Made by a program: the position numbers and the translations under genes. Below the pieces are notes generated by a model. The model ran no database searches and was not told where the DNA came from. It was given only the letters and a program-made list of their open reading frames with translations. From an uncultured Candidatus Saccharibacteria bacterium (GTDB lineage Bacteria > Patescibacteriota > Minisyncoccia > Phycocordibacterales > DATDWN01): a DNA stretch of 64,000 bases. Position 1 is the stretch's first letter; every line of letters starts with the position of its first letter. Shown here one piece after another: positions 1 through 9,544 of the stretch. The stretch spans positions 71,274 through 135,273 of the forward strand of contig CAYXZA010000001.1 of NCBI GenBank assembly GCA_964469605.1, read 5' to 3'.

Positions 1-18
1 AAAACCTACAGAGAATAT

Positions 19-582
19 TTGGAAAATATGGGTCAAAGTGATGGTGGTTTATTTGAAAGTTCTCGTGCTAAAACCGATGTCAAAGAACTACTTGAACTAA
101 TAAAGATTATTCGAGAAGAAAGACCAGGTGTGGATTTTAAAAATTTTATTCCAGTAGCATCTTGTGACAACATTGAAGGATGGGCATTAACTAAAAAAAA
201 TGATCGGTGGCAAGTTGTTACAATTGACAATAATTTACCCGGGGATTATGTAGCAAATAGTTTTCCTGATTTGGTTTTTTATACTGCATTTAGTGAAAAA
301 GTTCATTTAGCATTACATCAAATACACTTTAAAGTTCCTAACAAAAAAATAAATTTAAGTGATATTAAAGAACAAACATCTTCTTTTGGTTTTATAGCTG
401 AATCATTTTGTGACGACATTTCATATTTTGGTGTAAAAAACAATAATATTTTACTTATGATACACACAGGAATAGCTATTGGTTTTGATGGTTTTATTGC
501 ATCTAATAATCTTGATGTTATAAAACAAGAAGCTGATAAGTTAATAGCGGTTTTTGAAGGGGTTATTTTATATGTTAGATAA
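19..582 (+). CDS. hypothetical protein
   Basis: Intact 187-aa ORF with AT-rich codon usage matching the genome; no motif recognised. Confidence 0.4.
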   Translation: MENMGQSDGGLFESSRAKTDVKELLELIKIIREERPGVDFKNFIPVASCDNIEGWALTKKNDRWQVVTIDNNLPGDYVANSFPDLVFYTAFSEKVHLALHQIHFKVPNKKINLSDIKEQTSSFGFIAESFCDDISYFGVKNNNILLMIHTGIAIGFDGFIASNNLDVIKQEADKLIAVFEGVILYVR

Positions 583-611
583 TAATATAACATTATCTCA
601 TTTTATTAAAA

Positions 612-2591
612 TTACGAATCAAAAACTCTTATCCATTTACCTATCCATTTATTTACATAAATTAGCCCGACTCCAAAATTATTTTTTATTTTCAAATAAT
701 CATCTTTAATTTTATTAAAATCTTCATTTTTAATAAATGGATTATTTTTATGTCGAAATTCAGAGATCATTTTAACTCCATTATCAGAAAATTGACCATT
801 ATTTGAAAGATAAAAATAGTCATTATTTATTTTTATATTGTTCATGATAGATTCTTTTTTATTTACAAATAAATCAGAATCAATGGAGACATTGTATAAA
901 ATAGGATAAGATGCAAAATTTGGACAAGGAAAATCACCTATATTATAGTTTTTGATCTTGTCTAAGTTTAATGTATACCAGCAACGTAAAGCTTTGTCAC
1001 CTTTTACTATTTCATAAGGATTTTTTAACTTTGCTTCATATTTAGTAATAAATTCATTATTTTTTTTATCATCTAATTCAACTTCATAAATAAAATCAGA
1101 CAAAACATCCTCAACTTTTCTTTTTACATGATACGAGAAATAATCTAAAACTCTAATATTTTGATCAATTAAATTATCTTCTTTACTTAAATTTTGGAAA
1201 TTTTCTCTCATAATATCAGCTGATGTCATTTTAAATATTTCTCTTATTTTTATAACACCTTCTTCTTTTTGAACTTTTATATCAATATTTCTTTCTATAT
1301 AATTTACATCAGCAAATTCTTTTAATTTTTTAGTTAAAAAACCTCCTAAATGTATAGGTAAATAATTAGTAAAAAGTTCTTCGCTTCTTTTTTCCAAAGT
1401 ACCATAACGATTTTTCACGGTTGGATCCACAAAATACTCTTGATTGTTAAAATTAATTTTAACAATAGCATGGTTGAAAATAAAAGGAGATGGTATATAA
1501 TTTGGCAAATGATAATCTGCACCATAATTAACTAAAATAACTTCAGAATGAACATCTATAACCTTCAATAGATGCACCAATAAAAAAGATTTTGCTTTAC
1601 AGTCTCCAGATTTAGACTCCAAAGTTTTTGATGGTAATTCTGGAATATAATTATGCATAAAATCAGCATCATATAGATAGATGATTTGGTTTTGAATATA
1701 CTCAATTACAGATCGTATTTTATCTTCAATCGGAAGACTGCTATTAAGTTCAAGAATTTCACATATTTTATGATCTTTTAAATCTAAAAGTTTTGGATTA
1801 ATATCATACATATCAAAAATTGATTTTACTATATCATCCCACGAAGCACTTGTAGCTATCTCTATATATGGATTATACATATTTGGAATAGATTTTGTTT
1901 GAAAATTTAACTTTTCAAATTTAAAAACCTCTCCTGTTTTAATAACAGTAGACTCATCATCTATTTTTTCACCAGATTCATTTATAAAGCATTTTTTTAT
2001 TATCTTTATATCCGTCTTTCTATTTTGAATCACAGTAAAATTGTATTCTTTATAAAACCAAAAACTACTTGGCATTGAATGTAAATATCTAAAATATTTT
2101 TTATCTAAAATATTTTTTTTATCAAAATCATTAAACACCGTTGATTCATAAATAAAAACATCCCCTAATCGTAAATCATTTATAATAATATTTACTTTTT
2201 TATTATTTGAAATTGAACCATTTATTGAATTCAACTCATCATCAATAACCCTGACAGTTAAATCTTTTATTTTATCTACAACAACTCCATCTCTAACCAC
2301 CAAAACCTTATTTATCTCTAAATATTCATTGGCACTTAAAAAATCTTCCGATACCGATGCTGATTGTAAAAAATCTGGTGTATTTAATGCCCACATTCTA
2401 AATAAATTCATCTGACTACTTTTGTCGGATGTGTTTATTGTGTTTCTGTAAAGATAACAAAAAGCCTTATCAACACCTTTTTCTTTAAAAACACTTTCCC
2501 CTTCAGAAACTATCTTTAAAATTTTTTCTTTAGAAATATCATCTACCCAATCAGGACTAGGTTTGATAAAATATCTTTTTTCACTTTCCAT
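612..2591 (-). CDS. large transglutaminase-like cysteine-protease-domain protein
   Basis: 659-aa ORF. Motif 'SGDCKAKSFLLVHLLKV..VNY' resembles the transglutaminase-core Cys region, with a downstream 'HAIVKI' candidate for the His of the Cys-His-Asp triad. The long N-terminal region is typical of DUF3857+TGase architectures. Confidence 0.55.
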   Translation of the reverse strand: MESEKRYFIKPSPDWVDDISKEKILKIVSEGESVFKEKGVDKAFCYLYRNTINTSDKSSQMNLFRMWALNTPDFLQSASVSEDFLSANEYLEINKVLVVRDGVVVDKIKDLTVRVIDDELNSINGSISNNKKVNIIINDLRLGDVFIYESTVFNDFDKKNILDKKYFRYLHSMPSSFWFYKEYNFTVIQNRKTDIKIIKKCFINESGEKIDDESTVIKTGEVFKFEKLNFQTKSIPNMYNPYIEIATSASWDDIVKSIFDMYDINPKLLDLKDHKICEILELNSSLPIEDKIRSVIEYIQNQIIYLYDADFMHNYIPELPSKTLESKSGDCKAKSFLLVHLLKVIDVHSEVILVNYGADYHLPNYIPSPFIFNHAIVKINFNNQEYFVDPTVKNRYGTLEKRSEELFTNYLPIHLGGFLTKKLKEFADVNYIERNIDIKVQKEEGVIKIREIFKMTSADIMRENFQNLSKEDNLIDQNIRVLDYFSYHVKRKVEDVLSDFIYEVELDDKKNNEFITKYEAKLKNPYEIVKGDKALRCWYTLNLDKIKNYNIGDFPCPNFASYPILYNVSIDSDLFVNKKESIMNNIKINNDYFYLSNNGQFSDNGVKMISEFRHKNNPFIKNEDFNKIKDDYLKIKNNFGVGLIYVNKWIGKWIRVFDS

Positions 2592-2687
2592 ATAAATAAA
2601 AATTAAAATTTAATGTGTTCCAAAACAAAAATACTTAATACTTATTTTACCATAGACTCTTTGATTTAAAAAAGTTAAAATAAATCT

Positions 2688-3152
2688 ATGAGCACAAAAA
2701 AAGAACTAGTTTGGACAGCACCTTTGTATATGTTTATACCGAAAACAACAGATTGGTATTGGATAGTTGGAATCATATCAGCAACAATCGCAATAGTCTC
2801 AACAATGCTAGGAAACATCACCTTCTCTATACTTATAATAATAGGTGTAATTGTTACCTTTTTAAATGCACATAAAGAACCTAAAACTGTAACCATAACA
2901 ATAAACTCCAAAGGAATAAAAATAGATGACAAGATATATTTTTTTGATGAACTAGAATCATTTTGGGTTGAAAATAACAATCTCTACCCTAGAATCATCT
3001 TTAAACAAAATAGAATAATATTCCCTTTTATGAAAGTTCTAATACACTCAGAGGATGCTGATGAAGCAAGAGAGTTTTTACGAGAATATTTACCAGAAGA
3101 GTATATGAATGAAAATATAATTGAAAAAATATTTATATATTTTGGTTTTTAA
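2688..3152 (+). CDS. hypothetical membrane protein
   Basis: 154-aa ORF with two or three hydrophobic helices near the N-terminus. Confidence 0.4.
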   Translation: MSTKKELVWTAPLYMFIPKTTDWYWIVGIISATIAIVSTMLGNITFSILIIIGVIVTFLNAHKEPKTVTITINSKGIKIDDKIYFFDELESFWVENNNLYPRIIFKQNRIIFPFMKVLIHSEDADEAREFLREYLPEEYMNENIIEKIFIYFGF

Positions 3153-3178
3153 GTATAAATATGCTAGTTTGTAAATAT

Positions 3179-3253
3179 GTCCTCGTAGTTTAATGGATAG
3201 AACACGAGTTTGCGGAACTCGTGATTGAGGTTCGATTCCTCACGAGGGCACCA
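3179..3253 (+). tRNA. tRNA-Arg, anticodon GCG by my reading of the loop, with encoded CCA
   Basis: Cloverleaf folds: acceptor GTCCTCG/CGAGGGC, D-stem GTTT/GAAC, anticodon stem CGAGT/ACTCG with loop TTGCGGA, T-arm TGAGG-TTCGATT-CCTCA, discriminator A, then CCA. Confidence 0.7.
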
Positions 3254-3307
3254 AGAATTTTACTAATCTGTTTTTTGTCTATATTAAAAACTACAACACT
3301 GAAAAAA

Positions 3308-4327
3308 CTATTTAGATGAGATATATTTTTTATTTAGATTGTATGCCATATATCCAATACCAATAATCAGGAACCCTACAATAATAAGTGCAATTGGCCA
3401 CCCAATTGAATCAACAAAATATTTTGATGTAATTTTTACCATATGAGCCATTAAGAACAAAGCACCAAAAGTTAGCATTGACTGACTTTTTAAATACACA
3501 CTTCCGTAAAAAGCAGCAAAAATGAAAGCAATGAAAATAAGATCAAAAAATCCTCCAATAAATATACCAGAACCCAAAACAATCAATGTTCCTAATCCAA
3601 ACAGTGCATTCCTTACTGCTTTCTTCTCTTTTTCATCAGAAGCATCAATGGCTACTGATACTAATTGATAACCACGAGCAATTAATATGTAAGAAAAACC
3701 TAAAAGCATTGCTGCCCATTTAATTATATTTGAACTATAATAATCAAGAGTAAAAACTTTTATCACCAACAAATAGTAAGCCCACGAAGCAAAACCTATC
3801 GTAATTAAAACAAGGATATTCTTTTTACTTACTAAAAGTGCATAACCAAAAATAACAGATAACACTAGTGCTGTGTAAAATGTATAAGGCCATGTAAATG
3901 ATATATTTGCCTCACTTATAATAACATCCACACTTAACGGAGCAAGTACACATGAAATAGTAAACATTACTTGAGAAATTACTCTCTGATGAGGTTTGTT
4001 GAGGAAAAAAGCACCGATGAAAGTTATCAAAGAAATTCCTAAAGTAACTAAGACACGACCCATAAATCCAATTTCAATCCAGTTTTGAACAACAAGTATT
4101 GCAACACCACCAAGTATAATAATTGCACCAATACCATAAAATGTATTAATAATATTTTTTGATGATTCTTCTTTATGCGAAATATCTACTGTGTTTGAAT
4201 TAAAAACCGGAGATGTATTGACCGATGGTGTAACTACATTATTAGCCAACGACAGCAAATCTTCTTTTGAAATCTTACCTGTGGCTATTTGCCCCTCTAT
4301 AAAATTAACAATTTGTTGTTTATCCAT
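3308..4327 (-). CDS. polytopic membrane protein, hypothetical
   Basis: 339-aa ORF with a soluble N-terminal ~60 aa followed by at least eight hydrophobic segments. Confidence 0.5.
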   Translation of the reverse strand: MDKQQIVNFIEGQIATGKISKEDLLSLANNVVTPSVNTSPVFNSNTVDISHKEESSKNIINTFYGIGAIIILGGVAILVVQNWIEIGFMGRVLVTLGISLITFIGAFFLNKPHQRVISQVMFTISCVLAPLSVDVIISEANISFTWPYTFYTALVLSVIFGYALLVSKKNILVLITIGFASWAYYLLVIKVFTLDYYSSNIIKWAAMLLGFSYILIARGYQLVSVAIDASDEKEKKAVRNALFGLGTLIVLGSGIFIGGFFDLIFIAFIFAAFYGSVYLKSQSMLTFGALFLMAHMVKITSKYFVDSIGWPIALIIVGFLIIGIGYMAYNLNKKYISSK

Positions 4328-4332
4328 AAAAT

Positions 4333-4866
4333 TTATTTTATCCAGCCTATAAATTTAAAGTTACCTACATTATAATAATTGTAAATACTAAAATTGATTC
4401 CATTTAATTTTTTTGAACGATTACCTTTTGATATAACATATCCATCTTGATTGTTACCAGAACTAAACAATTCAAATATACCAATATTACTATATTGATA
4501 TCTTACAACATACCCATCAGGAGAAGAAGGTCCTGGATCAATGTTCAAATTTTTTATCTCATTCCAATCAACTTGATGCGATGAATTATTTTTTACATCA
4601 TATAAATACAAAGGAGGATTTTCAATATTATACACAACTCCTGTAGTTGTTGGAAGCGGACTCAATAAAAGATGATTATTTTCTACAACATAGGTATTTG
4701 AATAACCATTTTTATAGTCATAATAAGTGTCATTATTTGAATATAAAAAATTATATTGAGGTTTTATGAATAAAGATGGTGTAAAAACTATTATTGAAAT
4801 TACTAAAATAAAAACAATAGGTAAAGAAATCCCAATCAACAGAGGAATATTTTTTGTTATTTTCAT
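4333..4866 (-). CDS. hypothetical exported protein with N-terminal signal/anchor
   Basis: 177-aa ORF with an N-terminal hydrophobic helix and an Asn/Tyr-rich body. It sits 5 bp downstream of the preceding gene on the same strand. Confidence 0.45.
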   Translation of the reverse strand: MKITKNIPLLIGISLPIVFILVISIIVFTPSLFIKPQYNFLYSNNDTYYDYKNGYSNTYVVENNHLLLSPLPTTTGVVYNIENPPLYLYDVKNNSSHQVDWNEIKNLNIDPGPSSPDGYVVRYQYSNIGIFELFSSGNNQDGYVISKGNRSKKLNGINFSIYNYYNVGNFKFIGWIK

Positions 4867-4896
4867 ATAAATTCATTATAGCATAAAAAAATTAAT

Positions 4897-5355
4897 TTGA
4901 TATGCTATACTATAAAAATGAGAAAACAAATTTTTTTTAAATTTTTTGATAAGTTGGAAGATGTTATAAGAGGAAGATTAAGCAAGATACCTATATTTTA
5001 TGCATTTTTAGGAGGAGCATCTGTTGTTTTGTTTTGGAGAGGTATTTGGCACACAGCAGATATGATAGTCCCCTACTTTTTCAGAAATTCAACACCTGAG
5101 ACTATGCAACTGGCTTTAAAATTAGATGCACCTGTAACAATACTTGTAGCATCTATTATGCTTTTACTAACAGGACTTGTTGTAAGTAGTTTTATAGGAA
5201 CAAATATAATTATCTCTGGTATAAAAAACGAGAAAAAACTGGAAGAAAAAGAAGCTGAAGAAATAGAAACTGAAGATTATATACTACACAGATTATCAAA
5301 CGAGATTAAAGAGATAAAATCAGACCTAGAAATTATAAAAACAAAAATCAAATAA
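4897..5355 (+). CDS. hypothetical membrane protein with C-terminal coiled coil
   Basis: 152-aa ORF with two TM helices and a C-terminal EEKEAEEIETE... charged helix. Confidence 0.45.
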   Translation: MICYTIKMRKQIFFKFFDKLEDVIRGRLSKIPIFYAFLGGASVVLFWRGIWHTADMIVPYFFRNSTPETMQLALKLDAPVTILVASIMLLLTGLVVSSFIGTNIIISGIKNEKKLEEKEAEEIETEDYILHRLSNEIKEIKSDLEIIKTKIK

Positions 5356-5413
5356 AAGCAAACATCTCGTCCAATCCTAGCAGTAAATTTGCCAGGTATT
5401 TCTGGAATAACAA

Positions 5414-5437
5414 AAAACCGCATTAAGCGGTTTTTTG
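5414..5437. terminator. bidirectional intrinsic terminator hairpin
   Basis: AAAACCGC-atta-GCGGTTTT with flanking A/T runs, lying between the convergent 4897..5355(+) gene and rpsT(-). Confidence 0.45.
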
Positions 5438-5707
5438 TTTAGCTCTTTTAATTAAAGCTGAGATTCTAGATTTCTTTCTAGAAGCTGTATTTGTTTTAAT
5501 AAATTTTGTCTTTGATGCTTTGTCAATAGCTTTTTGAACTATTGGGAACATTTTTTCAGCTCCAGAAATATCACCAGAAGTGATTAATTTTTTAATTTGT
5601 TTTACAGACTTCAAAACAGCATCTTTTCTTTTAAGATTAAATACTCTTTTTTTCTTTGAAGCCCTCAATGCTTTTTTAGCAGATTTGATAATTGGCATAG
5701 AAACCAA
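5423..5707 (-). CDS. rpsT: 30S ribosomal protein S20
   Basis: 'PIIKSAKKALRASKKKRVFNLKRKDAVLKSVKQIKKLI...' matches the S20 family (IKSAKKR..., lysine-rich, ~90 aa). The true start is probably the internal Met ('MPIIK'). Confidence 0.85.
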   Translation of the reverse strand: MVSMPIIKSAKKALRASKKKRVFNLKRKDAVLKSVKQIKKLITSGDISGAEKMFPIVQKAIDKASKTKFIKTNTASRKKSRISALIKRAKQKTA

Positions 5708-5772
5708 TCTACACTATTTTAGACAAAAAAGCAATAGTATAGCCAGAAGGTCAAAGAGTATAATAAATAAAT

Positions 5773-6321
5773 ATGATTGGTTATATAACAGGTCAAATAA
5801 TAGACATAAATGAAAAAAATATAATTATATTGGCTGGAAATGTTGGTTATAAAATCCAGACAAATTCATATTTTCAAAAAGATCAAAAAATTTCCCTTTT
5901 TACATATATGTCAGTTAGAGAAAATTCAATGGATTTATATGGATTTGAAGAAAAATCTGATTTGAATTTTTTTGAATTATTACTAACAATATCTGGAATA
6001 GGTCCAAAATCAGCAATGTCCATAACATCAAATTCAAAACCTAGATTTATTGCAGAGGCTATAAAAAAAGAGGATCTTAATTATTTAACAAAGATAGCTG
6101 GTATTAGTAAAAAAAACGCTGAAAAAATGATACTAGAATTAAAAAACAAAATCACATTAACAGGAGAAAAAGAAGAATCATCGGCAGTTGAAACAGATGT
6201 TTTAGATGCCCTACTTTCTCTTGGATATTCAGAAAAATCAATAAGAGAAGTTTTGAAAAAAGTTGAAGGTAAAAACACCGAAGAAAAAATTAAGTTAGCA
6301 TTAAAAGAGTTAAGTAAATAA
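5773..6321 (+). CDS. ruvA: Holliday junction DNA helicase RuvA
   Basis: N-terminal 'MIGYITGQIIDI...VGYKIQT' OB-fold signature and the central HhH motif 'LLTISGIGPKSAMSI'; ~180 aa length is as expected. Confidence 0.85.
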   Translation: MIGYITGQIIDINEKNIIILAGNVGYKIQTNSYFQKDQKISLFTYMSVRENSMDLYGFEEKSDLNFFELLLTISGIGPKSAMSITSNSKPRFIAEAIKKEDLNYLTKIAGISKKNAEKMILELKNKITLTGEKEESSAVETDVLDALLSLGYSEKSIREVLKKVEGKNTEEKIKLALKELSK

Positions 6322-6322
6322 T

Positions 6323-7222
6323 ATGCCAGAACTACCAGAAGTATACACAACAACAAAAGGTTTAAATGAAAAAACAAAAGGATTAACTATTTTAGATGTT
6401 TGGACTGACTATTTCAATAAAACAAGTGACAGAAAAAAAGATACTATAAAAAATAAAGGGTTTTTTCTAAAATTTAAAAAAGAGATAACTGGATCAAAAA
6501 TTTTAGACTGTCAAAGGAGAGGTAAAAACATATTGATACATCTAAACAACGAAAAAACAATCCTTATACATATGAAAATGACCGGACATCTTATGTATGG
6601 AAAATATTTTTTTGACGGAAAAAAATGGAGACCAAAAGAAGATGGGCCTCTTAAAGACCCATTCAATAGTTTTATTCATTTTTTAATACAATTTAAAAAC
6701 GGAAACTCTCTGGCTTTTTCTGATATGAGAAAATTTGCAAAAGTAACTTTATTTGAAACAAAAAACAATCACAAAGATCTAAATATTCTTGGCCCAGAAC
6801 CACTTGAAAAAAGTTTCAATTTCAAAAAACTAAAAGAGCAAATATTAAAAAAAGAAAATTGGCCTATTAAAAAAATACTAATGGATCAAAGTGTAATATC
6901 TGGTATAGGAAACATATATTCAGATGAAATACTTTGGGCATCATCAATATCCCCTTTTCGGAAACCTAAAGAAATAACTGATCTAGAATTTAAAAACATT
7001 TACAAAAATATGATAATTATATTAAACAAATCAATAAAATTAGGAGGAGACTCAATGTCAGATTATAGAAATATAAACGGAGAAAAAGGCGGTTTTCAAA
7101 ATACCCACAAAGTATACAGGAAACAAAAAACTATATGCTTAAAGAAAAATTGCGGTGGAATAATAGAAAAATCAATAATCGGTGGACGAAGCTCTCACTT
7201 TTGTAACAAACATCAAGTATAA
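6323..7222 (+). CDS. mutM: formamidopyrimidine-DNA glycosylase (Fpg/Nei family)
   Basis: Invariant N-terminus 'MPELPEV' and a C-terminal zinc finger 'CLKKNCGGII...GGRSSHFCNKHQ'. Confidence 0.85.
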   Translation: MPELPEVYTTTKGLNEKTKGLTILDVWTDYFNKTSDRKKDTIKNKGFFLKFKKEITGSKILDCQRRGKNILIHLNNEKTILIHMKMTGHLMYGKYFFDGKKWRPKEDGPLKDPFNSFIHFLIQFKNGNSLAFSDMRKFAKVTLFETKNNHKDLNILGPEPLEKSFNFKKLKEQILKKENWPIKKILMDQSVISGIGNIYSDEILWASSISPFRKPKEITDLEFKNIYKNMIIILNKSIKLGGDSMSDYRNINGEKGGFQNTHKVYRKQKTICLKKNCGGIIEKSIIGGRSSHFCNKHQV

Positions 7223-7231
7223 TATTTTTAT

Positions 7232-8056
7232 ATGGAAGACAAGTGGACACTAATCGGTTTTACAGCATTGATAATACTTTCTGTTATAAATGCAAAAAAT
7301 CCAGATCGTAAGATTCACGGGGTTTTTGAACTACCCGAACAAAACATAACTACTGAAAGAGAAATATCACAAGGAGTTGATACTTTAAATAAGTCAAAAA
7401 AATATTCTGAATATATGTATATAAACGGAGGTTATGGTTACGATGCAGACAGTGAATATATAGAAATACAAAACAATAGCGACAAGTATTCTGTTGATAT
7501 AACAGGTTTTACACTGGTTAGCACATCGACAAATGTATCTGTGACAATACCAAAAACTGTAAAATTATATTTTACCGGAATGGAAAATATTGAAGAAAAT
7601 GTCATTTTAGGCCCAGGAGAAAAAGCTTATGTTATAACTGGAAAATCCCCTATTGGATACGGAATGAAAATAAATAAATGTTCTGGATTTTTAACTCAAT
7701 ACAATAATTTTTCTCCATCTTTCTATACAAACTGCCCAGCACCAAGAAACGAGGATATTTCCAAAATACCAAAAACAGTCAATAATGATATTTGCTTTGA
7801 CCTTATAGACTCTTATCCATCTTGTAGAATCCAGAGCACACCACTATCAAATAACTATTCATCTGAATGTCAGGATTTTATATATAAAACAATTAACTAT
7901 CCTAGTTGTATAAATAACCATAAAAATGACTCTGATTTTTGGAGCAATAGTTGGTATGTATATTTAAAAAGAAGTGATAAATTATGGAAAGACAGAAGAG
8001 AAACAATCATACTATATGACAAATCAGGAAATGAAATTTCTAAGATAAAAAAATAA
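7232..8056 (+). CDS. exported protein with lamin-tail-domain-like segment
   Basis: N-terminal signal/TM, then 'YIEIQNNSDKYSVDITGFTL' resembling the LTD motif (EYVEI.N.g...dLsGw.L). Confidence 0.45.
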   Translation: MEDKWTLIGFTALIILSVINAKNPDRKIHGVFELPEQNITTEREISQGVDTLNKSKKYSEYMYINGGYGYDADSEYIEIQNNSDKYSVDITGFTLVSTSTNVSVTIPKTVKLYFTGMENIEENVILGPGEKAYVITGKSPIGYGMKINKCSGFLTQYNNFSPSFYTNCPAPRNEDISKIPKTVNNDICFDLIDSYPSCRIQSTPLSNNYSSECQDFIYKTINYPSCINNHKNDSDFWSNSWYVYLKRSDKLWKDRRETIILYDKSGNEISKIKK

Positions 8057-8183
8057 CCGGGCTAGCCGGTTTGACGAGAGGCGGAAGCTTGCCTTCGGTC
8101 TATGTAAGTGTGTAGGACACCCTTACTACCTCCACCAACTTCCACCTCTCTTATCTCAATTATATCAAATAATAAACAAAAAG

Positions 8184-8672
8184 TCAAATTGTAAAAACTA
8201 CTATCCCAAAAGCAGTTGATACATTTAAAGACTCTTTCTGTCCTGCCATTTCTATTTCAACAACATTGTCACTTTTGGATAAAATATCTTTTGATAGTCC
8301 CCTAACCTCATTACCTAGTATAAAAATCATTTTTTTCTCCTTTTTCAAATCCCTATAACTTATAGAGTCCTCATTTTGTTCAATAGAGTAAATTTTAAAA
8401 CCTTCTTTTTTTAATTTCTCGATAACCTTAAAAACATTTTCTTTTGACCAAGAAACTGAAAATTGGCCACCTAAAGCCGTTTTAGATATTTCTTTCCTTG
8501 GTCTACCAAACTTGTCGAGCGGTGCTGGTGTATAACCAGATATATAAATATGTTTTAATCCTCTACCATCAGATGTTCTAAAAATAGAGCCAACATTGTG
8601 AGCACTTCTTATGTTGTGCAGGACAACCCTTATATCAGATTCTTCTTTTATGATTTTTCGTTTGCTTTTCAT
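8184..8672 (-). CDS. SpoU/TrmH-family RNA 2'-O-methyltransferase
   Basis: 'VVLHNIRSAHNVGSIFRTSDGRG..HIYISGYTP' and C-terminal 'LNVSTAFGIVVF' motifs of the SPOUT class. Confidence 0.75.
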   Translation of the reverse strand: MKSKRKIIKEESDIRVVLHNIRSAHNVGSIFRTSDGRGLKHIYISGYTPAPLDKFGRPRKEISKTALGGQFSVSWSKENVFKVIEKLKKEGFKIYSIEQNEDSISYRDLKKEKKMIFILGNEVRGLSKDILSKSDNVVEIEMAGQKESLNVSTAFGIVVFTI

Positions 8673-8696
8673 TTGGCTATAATATACAATCTATTT

Positions 8697-9044
8697 ATGA
8701 CATTATCAATATTTCCAAATTTATTTACCTACTCTATTTTTGCAATAACACTTATTAGAATTTTTTCAGCTTTTATTTTTATTAAAATAGCATTAAGAAG
8801 AAAAAATAAAATTATCGGATGGATGTTTATTCCAGAAATCTTAATCTCACTTTTTCTTTTAGTTGGTCTCTATACTCAAATAGCAGTTATACTGATTTGG
8901 TTTTTAGTTATGTTTGAGAAATATTTTGATAAAAAAGAAGGTAAAAAAGAAACTAGCGGAGAAACACTTGCTCTTTTGGAAGTTTGTCTTATAGCCACAC
9001 TGTTTTTAGGTCCAGGAGCATTTGCTTTTGATCTGCCACTTTAA
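8697..9044 (+). CDS. small polytopic membrane protein, hypothetical
   Basis: Hydrophobic helices throughout. Start trimmed to an internal Met to avoid an antisense overlap with the SpoU gene. Confidence 0.35.
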   Translation: MTLSIFPNLFTYSIFAITLIRIFSAFIFIKIALRRKNKIIGWMFIPEILISLFLLVGLYTQIAVILIWFLVMFEKYFDKKEGKKETSGETLALLEVCLIATLFLGPGAFAFDLPL

Positions 9045-9095
9045 AAACAAAAAATTTGAATAAATATCTTTTTTCTGATATATTTTTCTAGTATT

Positions 9096-9168
9096 GCCCT
9101 TGTAGCTCAGTCGGTAGAGCAGCTCCCTTTTAAGGAGATGGTCGCAGGTTCGATTCCTGCCAGGGGCA
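9096..9168 (+). tRNA. tRNA-Lys, anticodon TTT, no encoded CCA
   Basis: Near-identical architecture to canonical tRNA-Lys: GCCCTTG-TA-GCTCAGTCGGTAGAGC-A-GCTCC-CTTTTAA-GGAGA-TGGTC-GCAGGTTCGATTCCTGC-CAGGGGC-A. Confidence 0.85.
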
Positions 9169-9544
9169 CAAAATTTTCGAAGTAAATTTTGTGCAACTGA
9201 GCAAAGCATAGCTTTGCGAGCAGGAATCGAAGGAATATGCGGTTTACAAAGTCAGCAGACTTTGTCGCAGATTCCAGTTTTATTTTTTATTAAGTGACGA
9301 CGAAATAAAAAATAAAAAGATTCCTGCCAGGGGCACAGAAAACGAAGTTTTATGTGACACTGGAGAAAAGTGATGTTATCACTTTTCGTCAGGAATCGAA
9401 CAGATTTCCGGTTGACGAAGTCAGCAGACTTTGTCGGAAATCTGGTGCCTAGAAAATTTTAGTTTGACGAAACTAAAATTTTCGAGGGAGATTCCTGCCA
9501 GGGGCACAAAATCTTCAAAGTAAATTTTGTCCAATTAAAAAACC
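9152..9544 (+). repeat. three direct copies of the tRNA-Lys 3' end with two ~170-bp hairpin-rich intervening units
   Basis: 'gattcctgccaggggcaca' occurs at 9152-9170 (within the tRNA), 9319-9337 and 9490-9508. Copies 1 and 3 share ~55 nt including the downstream 'aaat(t/c)ttc(g/a)aagtaaattttgt(g/c)caa'. The intervening units contain conserved nested hairpins (GAC(A/G)AAGTCAGCAGACTTTGTC). Confidence 0.8.

Noticed and set aside
8057-8183. Moderately GC-richer spacer after the LTD-protein gene, as a possible sRNA
   Set aside because: It contains only a short CCGG-gcta-GCCGG-TTT terminator-like hairpin and no further conserved structure or repeat relationship. Insufficient evidence.
9006-9209. 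Small ORFs overlapping tRNA genes (9006..9209 -, 62435..62704 -, 62544..62795 -)
   Set aside because: They are fully explained by the tRNA-Lys, tRNA-Gly(GCC) and tRNA-Arg(TCG) genes.
9152-9508. Possible CRISPR array (19-bp repeat ×3)
   Set aside because: The repeat is simply the 3' end of the adjacent tRNA-Lys, the 'spacers' are ~150 bp and homologous to each other, and there are only three copies and no cas genes. It is an att-site-type duplication, not CRISPR.
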